Source: a virus (taxonomy: Duplodnaviria > Heunggongvirae > Uroviricota > Caudoviricetes). From it: DNA of 35,920 nt. The stretch spans positions 1-35,920 of the IMG/VR virus record IMGVR_UViG_2529293138_000008; one strand, given 5' to 3'. The notes under the pieces were generated by a model. The model did not search any database, had not been told where the DNA came from, and was given only the letters and a program-made list of their open reading frames with translations. The translations under genes and the position numbers were made by a program. Of the stretch, positions 35,863 to 35,920 are shown one piece after another (within the stretch, counting starts at the first letter, position 1; every line of letters begins with the position of its first letter).

Positions 35863-35920
35863 AATACGGATGAGCTTCTGGGGAGCGGAGTTTGCGGCGT
35901 TCTTACAGTGTAAGCAGTAA
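35780..35920 (+). CDS. hok: Hok/Gef-family type I toxin (small membrane peptide)
   Basis: 46-aa ORF MSQKSLTAITFCVTAILIIWMLHGSLCEIRMSFWGAEFAAFLQCKQ: N-terminal TM helix followed by the family-typical SLCEIR motif and AAF. Stop codon is the last three bases of the window. Confidence 0.7.
   Translation: MSQKSLTAITFCVTAILIIWMLHGSLCEIRMSFWGAEFAAFLQCKQ

Noticed and set aside
1-35920. Search for CRISPR arrays, tRNA genes and att core repeats
   Set aside because: No regularly spaced direct repeats with unique spacers and no tRNA-like cloverleaf were seen. I could not identify a shared direct repeat between the left (1-208) and right (35590-35700) flanks by eye, so prophage boundaries are unassigned.

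Overview
The window is essentially one P2/186-family temperate myovirus prophage, read from the integrase end to the ogr end, with three AT-rich cargo islands and one structural rearrangement. All calls are from reading the sequence and ORF track by eye; no searches were run, and no att sites, tRNA or CRISPR array were found.

Layout:
- 1-1000: two cargo genes downstream of int on the minus strand.
- 1011-2349: integrase and HTH repressor, then a divergent switch region with a perfect 10-bp inverted-repeat operator.
- 2441-7566: Cox-like gene, several small early ORFs, and a large rolling-circle replication protein (gpA-like).
- 7567-10515: the position P2 uses for orf91/tin/old. Here it holds a ParM/ParR-like actin-type partition cassette, a Zn-ribbon protein, a convergent AT-rich membrane protein, and a repeat-rich non-coding stretch that probably contains cos.
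- 10516-25742: portal and large terminase (minus strand), then scaffold, capsid, small terminase, head completion, lysis cassette, and baseplate/tail genes through tail fiber H (plus strand). Between H and the tail-fiber-assembly gene sits an ORF with a clear macro (ADP-ribose-binding) domain and a His/Cys-rich C-terminus.
- 25786-32090: an AT-rich hexapeptide-repeat acetyltransferase, then U, tape measure, E/E', tail tube and tail sheath, all on the minus strand. This block is inverted relative to canonical P2 synteny; gpD is on the plus strand.
- 33583-35085: a stand-alone AT-rich 500-aa gene with a PIN-like N-terminus, inserted between D and ogr.
- 35329-35920: ogr, then a hok/mok-type toxin locus at the window edge.

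The best candidates for an undescribed system are the PIN-like gene, the macro-domain fibre-locus protein, the cargo pair in the old/tin position and the partition cassette.
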